From a virus (taxonomy: Duplodnaviria > Caudoviricetes): a stretch of DNA of 64,000 bases. Under the pieces are notes generated by a model, which was not told the DNA's origin, made no database searches, and saw only the letters and a program-made list of their open reading frames with translations. The stretch's first letter is position 1. Every line of letters starts with the position of its first letter. The stretch spans positions 1 to 64,000 of IMG/VR virus record IMGVR_UViG_3300042885_000751; one strand, written 5' to 3'. A program made the position numbers and the translations under genes. This document shows, in pieces, positions 48,601-56,609 of the stretch.

Positions 48601-48915
48601 GTATACAATTTTATGTTGTATGAATTATCTAGAATGCAATCTGAAACTGCATCATATATATCTCCTCAAGATGCTTATCGTACTGTTAAATCTCCATCAG
48701 CTATGGTTAGTACAATAGAAAGAATGACAAAATTTGTTGATCAATTTTTATTTACATGGAGTCCTGAAAAATTAAGTTATCAAAGAAAAGAAGGTGTATG
48801 GAATAAAGGTGATAATAAATCTTGGGCATACTTTCTTAAACTAATGGGTTTCTCTGGATATAATTTTAATCCAGAAGCAGCAGTTAAATCATTTAAAGCT
48901 ACACTATTAAAATAA
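45601..48915 (+). CDS. Large helical cargo protein
   Basis: 1104 aa; KKLHGVYN...GRLAIMYRKHL..GYKRRY C-terminal region and one hydrophobic helix (VIIFGTTAFIMLLMHAF). Confidence 0.65.
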   Translation: MYCPIKTSKEYVKILNSVNGNDTRAEEEWIKQGFANNKDLNYIPDELTDNAEVKKDDISTMVDSIWGYLEKQLKILQGQKLINQEEKEERQKKLIEEFRHLEGINSINMFVKDSYEKALEIEKLMKAIINKKDDGTDDFKKNQIAELTKLNNFASGYSILDEISKADIYSFFTAKEGEEQVSEETGKTIREMLTDAISIKKAVKEQYIRQGIPLMASFLLNYKNLNLDEAIDNEVNALIKKLEAEKTSANANDKKIKQITDRITKYRSFTQTQESMEDLLKFAAKDEGSMEFWFGPLITNADASLGLFARAVKTEFESARQLDIDIAKLAGKAFTKYKDSQAESRDNPAKFNEGLYEVLSSYSTDKNGEPVITKKMAFVQKYRMSDYNKELNKIYTNPIKGTDLSPAQLRAKSDYEANKTTIIRDWYAENAQKKSDAEIDKILAEKNKLLNSGAWNQKDYDKWHKSVLKILDNGTKIYMKEFSEPADKYLNKKWEALYDKNDKPKNAKGEYHSFLLNLYLDAQEKVPDTQKMGYVLPSIHKRTIERSSIKSVIKDKFEDATTIRGDEPEFGVSDLSNESAKFIPVYYTQDMDADEVSLDLIRSVELYSQMANKYESVNNISAETSMFKAIIGDREVAVTTSKDVKVLDALANKLGIKSTIKKQGEANSKKHVDAFINMQLYNEMQKAEVIGSYSMGKLTNLALSYSAITSIAADLLKGVANNLQGNIQLIIEANSSEFFSRKDLRKGKLYYAKNVTSFLSDFGKPTPDSLVGNLVNHYDPMQGNYKDQYGKNVSGSVFAKLMRTDTLFFNQHFGEHEIQVSAMFALMEATKVTDTNTGETISLLDAYTKYGIKELDKNTDFNNTKKLDLQNRIHAISKKLHGVYNDFDKGTAQRYSVGRLAIMYRKHLIPGYKRRYGKLQVDQELGAVTEGYYITFYNTMLKDLAKLKLNMMQNWSTYTPFEKAQIKRVMAETVIIFGTTAFIMLLMHAFGDDDDEKKGYVYNFMLYELSRMQSETASYISPQDAYRTVKSPSAMVSTIERMTKFVDQFLFTWSPEKLSYQRKEGVWNKGDNKSWAYFLKLMGFSGYNFNPEAAVKSFKATLLK

Positions 48916-48920
48916 ACACA

Positions 48921-49055
48921 ATGACAGGTAAAACAACAGGAAGCGCAAGTGCTTCAGTAAAAGTATCAAGACCAGGTGTACACTCTAAGAATGGTACATC
49001 TAAGCTTAAGAAATCAAAGCTCTATAAGAAAGGTTATCGGGGGCAAGGCAAGTAG
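48921..49055 (+). CDS. Small basic protein ending YRGQGK, 44 aa
   Basis: Manual translation MTGKTTGSASASVKVSRPGVHSKNGTSKLKKSKLYKKGYRGQGK*; starts 5 nt after the previous stop. Confidence 0.7.
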   Translation: MTGKTTGSASASVKVSRPGVHSKNGTSKLKKSKLYKKGYRGQGK

Positions 49056-49093
49056 GAAAAAAAAAGGAGAGAACCGTTATGGCTCTCTCCTTT
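49056..49093. terminator. Bidirectional terminator at the convergence of the two gene blocks
   Basis: A run, then AAAGGAGAGAACC-GTTAT-GGCTCTCTCCTTT. Confidence 0.8.
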
Positions 49094-49129
49094 AAGTTTA
49101 AATCTTTATTATTTAAATATATCAAGTTT

Positions 49130-49158
49130 AAAAAAGGAGATACATTGCTGTACCTCCT
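49130..49158 (-). terminator. Second terminator for the - strand block
   Basis: + strand reads AAAAAAGGAGATACA-TTGC-TGTACCTCCT: hairpin with the U tract on the - strand. Confidence 0.65.
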
Positions 49159-49202
49159 AATTGATATATTTGTTTAACTATACTCCCTTGGAGCAAGTGC
49201 TT

Positions 49203-50465
49203 TTATAGGAAGAACTCTCCTCCTAATGTGTCATCATCAGTATCATCTAGATTAAAATCAAAATTAAAATCATCATCTTCTAGTATACCTTTTGCTATAA
49301 CTTTAATTTCTCTTTTATCTAACTTTTCTTGTAGTTGTATAAGTTCCTCAGCTTCAGCAGGTTTAACCTCTTCTACTTCAAGTGTTTCTTCAAGTGCTAT
49401 TTTCTCAGCATTTGGTATTCTTATTAGAATATCATCTAAAGATAATCTTTCTGGTTCAACTAATTCAGGTTCACCTTCTATTGCAGCTACTCTAGCATTA
49501 TACTCTTCATCAGACTCAATGTGAATCTCAATATCATCAACTATAGGTGCTTCAAAAGTATTACCTGCTGGATCTTCATAGAATAGAACATCTCTTTCAG
49601 CTTCTTCCCTTTCTTCAACAACTTGTAATAACTCAGCATCTACTTCAGCTTTTTCAATCTCAGTAAGAATGTTTAACTGATTCTCAGGTTGACCATAGTT
49701 TAACTCTAATGGATCTACAGAAACTAATTCTGCATCTTCAACAAAGTTAATTAAATCAAATTCAAATGCAATAAACCAGTGAAATTTTCTCTGGTCATCC
49801 ATCCAGTCTCTTGGATGTGATTTCTTCAATGCATAAGTAACATGATTATAAAATGCCCACAATGAATTTATCTCACAGTTGTAGTCATAACCTGGTTTAT
49901 CCATTTGTTGTTTTACAATAGATATCTGCTCATTAGTAAGAAGTTCATACTCTGCGTATAATACACCCAATAATTCAGCTTGTTTTCTTTCAGTAATAGT
50001 AATTTTCTTCATTGTATCTTTATCAGCTACAATTCTGTCAAAGTATACATCTGCATTACTAATTTGCTCAATGATTGCTTTAACAGTTTCAGTGTCTGCA
50101 GTTCCAAGATGTTTTCTTCCATATGAACCCATATCTCCGGCTACTACACCATTCATGCATATAAACACATAACCACCCATTGCACATTTAAATCTCATTA
50201 GTTTATTATAACTATTAGACCATGCAAACATTAATCCTATCTCAGGATCTTTATCATAATTAATATAATATATACCTTGAGCAATAGAGCCATCAGAATT
50301 AGATCTGTATGTTTCTTTTTCTACAGTGAAACCATGGAGAGTTAATTGCTCCATAGTATGATTAATAATAAATTCATGTGAGATAACAGTATATGACTCT
50401 GCATGATTTGGTAATGCTACACTAGTTAAATATTCTTTTGTGCAGTCTTTAGTTCTTATTGCCAT
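49203..50465 (-). CDS. DUF932/DUF945-like protein with long acidic tail
   Basis: YTVISH...AWSNSYNK...F.C.NG...RKH.G...SLWAFYNHVT.ALK motifs. Confidence 0.65.
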   Translation of the reverse strand: MAIRTKDCTKEYLTSVALPNHAESYTVISHEFIINHTMEQLTLHGFTVEKETYRSNSDGSIAQGIYYINYDKDPEIGLMFAWSNSYNKLMRFKCAMGGYVFICMNGVVAGDMGSYGRKHLGTADTETVKAIIEQISNADVYFDRIVADKDTMKKITITERKQAELLGVLYAEYELLTNEQISIVKQQMDKPGYDYNCEINSLWAFYNHVTYALKKSHPRDWMDDQRKFHWFIAFEFDLINFVEDAELVSVDPLELNYGQPENQLNILTEIEKAEVDAELLQVVEEREEAERDVLFYEDPAGNTFEAPIVDDIEIHIESDEEYNARVAAIEGEPELVEPERLSLDDILIRIPNAEKIALEETLEVEEVKPAEAEELIQLQEKLDKREIKVIAKGILEDDDFNFDFNLDDTDDDTLGGEFFL

Positions 50466-50466
50466 T

Positions 50467-52467
50467 TTAAAATAATTTTAATTGATTACTATTTGGTGCT
50501 AACTGGTTAATTTCTTTATTGATTTTTTGTAAATAGAATTGCTTATTGATTAAATATTCATCAAAAGGTTTTTCTACATAGTTAATGAATACAGTTTGCA
50601 TCCACTTACCACTTTCAACTTGTATCTTTCTACCATCAGTTTTATTTGTCTTAATAATTTTAGACCCTTTCTCAGATATATAATATCTAATAGTCTGCTG
50701 TAGTTTTGTAGCTGAATACTCAGAGTTTTCTATTTTCTCTTCAATAAATTCCCAGTCACCTTTGATCTTAACTCCTCCACAATAATCATACACATTAGTC
50801 TGAGTAAGTAAAAAAGCTTCAGGTTTAATACCGTGTACAAAATGATAATATATTGCTCTTGGTATAATTAAAAAACTTTTATTCTTATGTAAGGCAAGAT
50901 TATTAAACTCAAATCTACCTTTACACTTAGTTGCAGCATAATAGAACTTATCACCTTCTTCTTTAAAAAGATAATGCGGGTTCTCTTGCTTTACTTCATT
51001 ATATTTATCTATGTCTACAGGTTTGTAATCATGTATTGCTATATAGTTATTTACATCTCCAAGAATCATTTTACTATAAGTATCATGTTCTAATTGAAGA
51101 TTAGTTATCTTTTCCCATCTATTGCAAATCTCTAGATATTTATCTTGATATTCTCTAGGTATAATAGTTTCTAGACCATCAGTATTTTGCATTAAAGGAT
51201 ATGCATCAGGAATCTCCTCACATATCATCTCATATAGCATGCATAAACTTAACTGGCCATTAATTGTAATTTGCATAGTAAACTCTGGGTCATACAGAAA
51301 ACTATTAGCATCATTACTTAATCCATAAGTTGAATTAAGAATAATCTTATATACATAATTCCTTACATCTTTTTTACTTATCTTTTTTCTTTCATTAAAG
51401 AACCATTCATATAACTCACAAAACTCTGCTTTTGGTAAATGTGCAGGAGACCAACCATTTCTGATTGCTAAGTTAGGATAATATGATACTACGTCACTTG
51501 TCATAATAATAACATCTTTATCAGACTCATATATACCACTTTTCCTTGCACCGTGAATACCACCTAAACCAAAATCAGTTTTAACACCTTTATAATTCAG
51601 ACTATATTTAAATCCTCCTTTTGTGTTTTCTGGATATACAATTATTTCATTAAATCTTGTTAATAGTTTTTGAAAAGTTGCAGTTTTAAATTCAGTATAA
51701 TCAAGTATTATATCTTTTACTGTAATACTTTCTCTTTTAGTTCTTAATTGTCTTAAGTCATATTTTTTAATACCGGTACTCTCACTCAAGAAATGTAAAA
51801 ATAACTCTTTACTAATTCTTGGCTCAGATGCACTGAATAAAGGAATGTTATACTCCTCAGTTAATGTCTTCCGTAAAGCAATTTGACTTTTACTAAGCAT
51901 CATTATACGCTTAGTTGACTTTACATCATTCCAACAATAACCAATTATCTCATCAATCTGATCAAATGTGGTCACTTTGGTAGTATGGTGTATAGGCATA
52001 TCCTGTATGCTTTCCCAATCCATACTATACTGAATCCACTTTAGTGAGCTTCTTTTAGCTGGATTATCCCAATGATTTAACTTAAAGACATCTACTTGCT
52101 TTATGCTCATTGTCTTTTCATAAAAATCTAGAAATTCTCCACTACTTTGTTTATTGATTACATGCTGTGCTTTATCATATATCCAGTTAGCAATTTCACT
52201 ACCTGACATATAGGATAGACTTTCAGCATTCTGAATTATATATTCAGTTATCTGACCATCAAATCCTAATCCATTATAAGATACATGCCATTCATCATGT
52301 AATATATTTCTTTTAATAAATTGAATATAATCATCAAAATCATTTTGTAAATCATGTACAACAAATACATGTCTTTCATCTGATTTTATGCTTTCAAAGC
52401 ATCCTATGAAACAGTCAATCATAGTTTCATAATCCATTACCCAGTGGGTCTTAGCTGTTTCTCCCAT
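50467..52467 (-). CDS. polB: DNA polymerase family B
   Basis: Exonuclease motifs DYET, SYNGLGFD, YCWND; polymerase motifs SDVVSYYPN, YKIILNSTYG, QNTDG. Confidence 0.9.
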   Translation of the reverse strand: MGETAKTHWVMDYETMIDCFIGCFESIKSDERHVFVVHDLQNDFDDYIQFIKRNILHDEWHVSYNGLGFDGQITEYIIQNAESLSYMSGSEIANWIYDKAQHVINKQSSGEFLDFYEKTMSIKQVDVFKLNHWDNPAKRSSLKWIQYSMDWESIQDMPIHHTTKVTTFDQIDEIIGYCWNDVKSTKRIMMLSKSQIALRKTLTEEYNIPLFSASEPRISKELFLHFLSESTGIKKYDLRQLRTKRESITVKDIILDYTEFKTATFQKLLTRFNEIIVYPENTKGGFKYSLNYKGVKTDFGLGGIHGARKSGIYESDKDVIIMTSDVVSYYPNLAIRNGWSPAHLPKAEFCELYEWFFNERKKISKKDVRNYVYKIILNSTYGLSNDANSFLYDPEFTMQITINGQLSLCMLYEMICEEIPDAYPLMQNTDGLETIIPREYQDKYLEICNRWEKITNLQLEHDTYSKMILGDVNNYIAIHDYKPVDIDKYNEVKQENPHYLFKEEGDKFYYAATKCKGRFEFNNLALHKNKSFLIIPRAIYYHFVHGIKPEAFLLTQTNVYDYCGGVKIKGDWEFIEEKIENSEYSATKLQQTIRYYISEKGSKIIKTNKTDGRKIQVESGKWMQTVFINYVEKPFDEYLINKQFYLQKINKEINQLAPNSNQLKLF

Positions 52468-52505
52468 AATCCATATTCAGTTAAGCTGTTTCCCCCTATT
52501 TAGTT

Positions 52506-52538
52506 AAAAACACAGAGCATCAGTAATGACACTCTGTG
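52506..52538 (-). terminator. Intrinsic terminator upstream of polB
   Basis: - strand CACAGAGTGTCA-TTAC-TGATGCTCTGTG-TTTTT. Confidence 0.75.
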
Positions 52539-52548
52539 AATTATTTAA

Positions 52549-52935
52549 TTATTTTGCAGGTTGTACTGCTTTAGCTAATGTAGTCTGAAAGTCAAACTCT
52601 TTAGCATTAATACCTATATAGTTAATTAGATTTTTAATATCTAACTTGTTATCTAAGTAGTACTCTTGAAATGTTTCACTTGACACTCTTTCTTCTTTTA
52701 CATTTCTACCATTAGGTCTCAATGCTTTAGTAGCAGTAGGGTCTCCATTTTCATCTAGTTTTGGTAACATGTGTAATGTAGTTTTAGTTACTTTACCTAT
52801 GATAACAAATAATCCTGATGTCAAATCATAGATACACTCTACATAAGGTGAATCATTAGATACTGGGATCATTCTGAATGTACTATGGCCATTCCATTCT
52901 GAACTAATTAATGTCATTGTGTTTTCTCCTGTCAT
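52549..52935 (-). CDS. Hypothetical protein
   Basis: 128-aa ORF, co-oriented and tightly packed. Confidence 0.7.
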   Translation of the reverse strand: MTGENTMTLISSEWNGHSTFRMIPVSNDSPYVECIYDLTSGLFVIIGKVTKTTLHMLPKLDENGDPTATKALRPNGRNVKEERVSSETFQEYYLDNKLDIKNLINYIGINAKEFDFQTTLAKAVQPAK

Positions 52936-52940
52936 AATTT

Positions 52941-53510
52941 TTATTTTAAATCTTTATTTAATTTTTGTAACTCTTCTACATTTACTATTAATATTTCTTT
53001 TTCCATGTCTGGTATAGTACATAATTCTCCTACACTTCTTAATGTCTCTTCTGGGATATCAAGTAACTCAGAATAAATATTAAAATACTTTTCAGGAAAT
53101 AAAAAACTATCCATATACATGAAATTGCTTCCATTCTTATCAAAATGGTCTCTTATTTTGCGCTTAACTGTGGGATTCATCTTACTATATCTACCATTGA
53201 TTAAATGCATCCAATCATCTTTCATATCAGAAAAATCAAATGTATATAATACCTCAGTATCATTTAGTTTAATATAATCACTTAGTCTATTATGTTTTAA
53301 CAGTACATTTTTCTCAAAATTAAGATAATCTTGATCTTTTCTTTCATGAAAAATTGCTACTAGTTTCATATCCTCAGGTTTTACATAATCATTCCAGCCA
53401 AAATAAGTTTGAACTGGAGTGACACTTGAACCTTTTTTAATTCCCAAGAGTGGATATACAAATATCTTGGACTTTTGAAAGTAATTCTTATAAAGCGCAC
53501 TAATACTCAT
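52941..53510 (-). CDS. Hypothetical protein
   Basis: 189-aa ORF, co-oriented and tightly packed. Confidence 0.7.
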   Translation of the reverse strand: MSISALYKNYFQKSKIFVYPLLGIKKGSSVTPVQTYFGWNDYVKPEDMKLVAIFHERKDQDYLNFEKNVLLKHNRLSDYIKLNDTEVLYTFDFSDMKDDWMHLINGRYSKMNPTVKRKIRDHFDKNGSNFMYMDSFLFPEKYFNIYSELLDIPEETLRSVGELCTIPDMEKEILIVNVEELQKLNKDLK

Positions 53511-53515
53511 AATTG

Positions 53516-54523
53516 TTATAATTTTACATTACCGGTTGCTAATTGATATGGAAGAGTAAAATCCTTATTAGTATAATGATAGTCTACAACTGTCAATATT
53601 TCTCTAAAGTTTTCTTCCCACACCTTTAATGTTTCTGTTGATACTTGAAAAGGATAAATTAAATTAGCTTTATCAATCACAATAAAAGTAATAACAATTT
53701 TCCATTCAGGCATATCAGGTAAACCCTTAAGATATTTACCCAAACTCAATTGTTTATACATGACGGCCTGTATCCAATATTTGTAATATTGCACTGAGTC
53801 TGGAAAATCCTGAATAGGCTTACCAGTTGTTTTTAAGTCATTAATGAATAAAGTCTTAGTATTATAGTCCATGACTACATTATCTAAGATACCTTTAAAA
53901 CCAAATTTATATTTACTTGATTTTATCTGTACACCTTCTTCATTAAAGATTTTAATATTCTCATCTATATCACCATTAAGTTGCATCAACTCACTCACAA
54001 TTGGATGCTTTCTTAATAACTCTACAGATTCTTTTGCTGTGTCTAATGTGATTTGATCCACAATAGTTTTACCTTGCTTTACTTTTAAAAATTCAAAGTA
54101 TTGCATATTTTGTTCAGTTGCCATTTTTGCAATTCTACCTTCATCATTTTTTAATGATTGGTGCAAGTTAATACCTGCAAGTACATTAATTATTGAATCA
54201 GGGAAATCAGTTAATGTTAAATCAGTATCAGGTTGTGATTGATAAACCTTAAAGACTTCATCTACTAATAACCTGTTGTTATCTTTTGGAAGATTACTAG
54301 GTATTACTATAAACTCTTTATCAAAATTCTTTGGTTCAAGTAATAAACAATGTACTACTTTCCCTGCTACTAAATGAGCATCAACCATATCTTCTCTTTG
54401 ATTTAAGATATAGTGTCTATAAAAAGCTGCTGGTGAATACAACAGCTTATTAATACTTGAGTAACTAAAATAAAAGTCACTGTTATAAAATTGATTTAAT
54501 TCTTCATTATAAGAGATAGTCAT
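53516..54523 (-). CDS. PD-(D/E)xK exonuclease (RecE/ExoVIII-like)
   Basis: FSYSSI...G..VHCLLLEP...FKGILD...INDLKTT...YWIQAVMY. Confidence 0.8.
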   Translation of the reverse strand: MTISYNEELNQFYNSDFYFSYSSINKLLYSPAAFYRHYILNQREDMVDAHLVAGKVVHCLLLEPKNFDKEFIVIPSNLPKDNNRLLVDEVFKVYQSQPDTDLTLTDFPDSIINVLAGINLHQSLKNDEGRIAKMATEQNMQYFEFLKVKQGKTIVDQITLDTAKESVELLRKHPIVSELMQLNGDIDENIKIFNEEGVQIKSSKYKFGFKGILDNVVMDYNTKTLFINDLKTTGKPIQDFPDSVQYYKYWIQAVMYKQLSLGKYLKGLPDMPEWKIVITFIVIDKANLIYPFQVSTETLKVWEENFREILTVVDYHYTNKDFTLPYQLATGNVKL

Positions 54524-55760
54524 CAGTGTTTGTTTTTAATTCTAGATTCACATTATCAAAGTCAATTAAGATTTTATTTATTTTTTCAGGTTCTGTTGCA
54601 ATAGATGCAACAACTGCTTCTTCTTCTAAATCAGGTAATTCAATTTCTGGGGATGATGCAATAAAGTCTTCTTGCACTACAAAAGTATAATTAAAATCCA
54701 TAACTTCAAGATATTCAGTACATAAAGTAATAGTTTTTACTCTAAAAAACATAGAATCACCTCCTCTAGTTATATCATCCCCGTGTAGCTTTAGCACTAT
54801 ATCAATATTTTCTTTAGTTAATTGCTTATGCTTTTTCAGTTTATTCATAACATCATCAATATTCATTCTAAAATATGAATTTGGTAATGTCATTAAAGAT
54901 AATAATGATTTAAAATTTACATGCCCTTTACTTCTACATTGTTGCATTTTATCAGAGTATGAATAAAATAGTAAACTAAGATACAACACACTATCTTCAA
55001 AATTTGAATTAGCCATAATTTCCATAGCCATTGTGTGATTATCATTATCAGAACTTTTAAACATTTCACATAAGCTGTCATACATATCAGAATCAATACC
55101 TAATGCTTCATTTCCATTAAGATGTTTTAGTAATTCTGATTCATCATATACTGGTAAAGCTGAATTATTTATTTCATGATAAGCACTAAGATATTCATCT
55201 AGTATATAATCATATCTTATAGAAGAATAACTAGTACCAGATGTTAATCTAAATGGAATATTTCCATTTTGAAGAAAACCTCTTGTATTATAAGAAATTG
55301 CAATTAATTCTTCAGTATAAAATTCTAATGCATCATCTACTTTTTCATTATAATAAGTATCACCTGAATCTAAAGCTACGTAATCTTGAAAATATTGTTT
55401 AAAATCAACAGTATTAACAGTATATGTCCATCCATGAGTAGTATATTTAGAATTACTATTTTCTGAAACAAACATTGCTGTTGCATCTGCTAAATTAGTA
55501 GTAGATTTAATTTTGTAATCCTTTGTAAGATTTTTAAGTTTTACTCTTGGAATATTAACTCCTTTTGCAAAAAATAATTTATCATTTAATACAGGTGTAT
55601 AACCTGTTGATATTGTATTGAATATTTTATTATTATTCACATTATCAAAATCACATAATTTAATATCTACTTCAAATTTAAAAGCTAACTTGCTCATATC
55701 ATAAGAATCATACCAATCAGTATCTACAAGACTCATGTCTATAAATAATATTTCTTTCAT
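54507..55760 (-). CDS. Hypothetical protein associated with the AAA/vWA module
   Basis: 417 aa; shares the motif M.xS.D.(D/E)NH..A.EI..N with 59273-59680. Confidence 0.65.
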   Translation of the reverse strand: MKEILFIDMSLVDTDWYDSYDMSKLAFKFEVDIKLCDFDNVNNNKIFNTISTGYTPVLNDKLFFAKGVNIPRVKLKNLTKDYKIKSTTNLADATAMFVSENSNSKYTTHGWTYTVNTVDFKQYFQDYVALDSGDTYYNEKVDDALEFYTEELIAISYNTRGFLQNGNIPFRLTSGTSYSSIRYDYILDEYLSAYHEINNSALPVYDESELLKHLNGNEALGIDSDMYDSLCEMFKSSDNDNHTMAMEIMANSNFEDSVLYLSLLFYSYSDKMQQCRSKGHVNFKSLLSLMTLPNSYFRMNIDDVMNKLKKHKQLTKENIDIVLKLHGDDITRGGDSMFFRVKTITLCTEYLEVMDFNYTFVVQEDFIASSPEIELPDLEEEAVVASIATEPEKINKILIDFDNVNLELKTNTDDYLL

Positions 55761-55773
55761 ATATTTTAATTTT

Positions 55774-55799
55774 AAAAAAAGCGGCTTTTACACCGCTTT
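55774..55799 (-). terminator. Intrinsic terminator after the AAA ATPase
   Basis: - strand AAAGCGG-TGTAAAAG-CCGCTTT-TTTT. Confidence 0.8.
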
Positions 55800-55856
55800 A
55801 TATTTGTTTTAATTGTGTTTATGCTCCTTTTTATGGGAAACAGTTTTATGCTTTTA

Positions 55857-56609
55857 CTATTTTACAGCCATCTTTACTACTTGTGGATTCATCATTAGCT
55901 TAGAAAACTTAGGTTTATTTCCTGCTAGTAACTCTTTCACTAAATAGTATTTAAGATCATTAGTAAATGCGTCACAGTCTGTAGTAAGTTTTACTAATCT
56001 GTTTATCATAGCATCACTTATAGAATGATTAGCTGCATGTGTCAATGAATAATTTATAAGTCTTGTAGTAATAATACTACTGATATCAGCTCTAAATTCA
56101 TCTCCAGTACCTATTGCTCCATTTAATGCTCCAACTACATATGCTTCATTTACATTAGTCATAATATCAGCTGGAGATATAATTTTATCCATCTTATTAT
56201 TAATAAACATAGTGAACATACTAGAAAATTCAGGTCCTACTGAACCTTCTCCAATCATTTGAATTAACGGCAACTGCTCTTCAAACTTTTCAATAGAACT
56301 AATAGCATTAAAGAAAGTAGTAATAGCTCTTGGATTAACTTTTTGAGTTACTACTTCTGGATTCATCAACATAAAATTAATACATCTACCATCAATTCCT
56401 ACTTGTTCAGCCCACTTAGCCCATACATTAATATCAAATTTAATTTCAACTGAGATAAATCTAGTCTTTTGAGCTACATCTAATGCAGTTACATTATAAT
56501 CTCCATTGTCTGGATTTGAAGTTAATATTATGTGCCAGTTCTTTGGTAACTTCCAAGAAATATATTCTTGCTGATCAATCAATTCCATTGTTGCTTGCAT
56601 AAAGCGGTG
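55857..56609 (-). CDS. MoxR-like AAA+ ATPase, exon 2
   Basis: HRFMQATMELID...WHIILTSNP...LD.AQKTRF (sensor 1, Arg finger), VNPRA; continues exon 1 in frame once the intron is removed. Confidence 0.85.
   Translation of the reverse strand, partial: HRFMQATMELIDQQEYISWKLPKNWHIILTSNPDNGDYNVTALDVAQKTRFISVEIKFDINVWAKWAEQVGIDGRCINFMLMNPEVVTQKVNPRAITTFFNAISSIEKFEEQLPLIQMIGEGSVGPEFSSMFTMFINNKMDKIISPADIMTNVNEAYVVGALNGAIGTGDEFRADISSIITTRLINYSLTHAANHSISDAMINRLVKLTTDCDAFTNDLKYYLVKELLAGNKPKFSKLMMNPQVVKMAVK

Noticed and set aside
758-49524. Short overlapping or antisense ORFs in the track (e.g. 758-982, 1122-1466, 7874-8230, 23689-24111, 29821-30180, 49228-49524)
   Set aside because: Shadows of long genes with biased codon use; no motifs or independent signals.
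50467-52467. Intein in polB or the RNAP
   Set aside because: PolB is compact with normally spaced motifs; no intein terminal or LAGLIDADG motifs seen in either protein.
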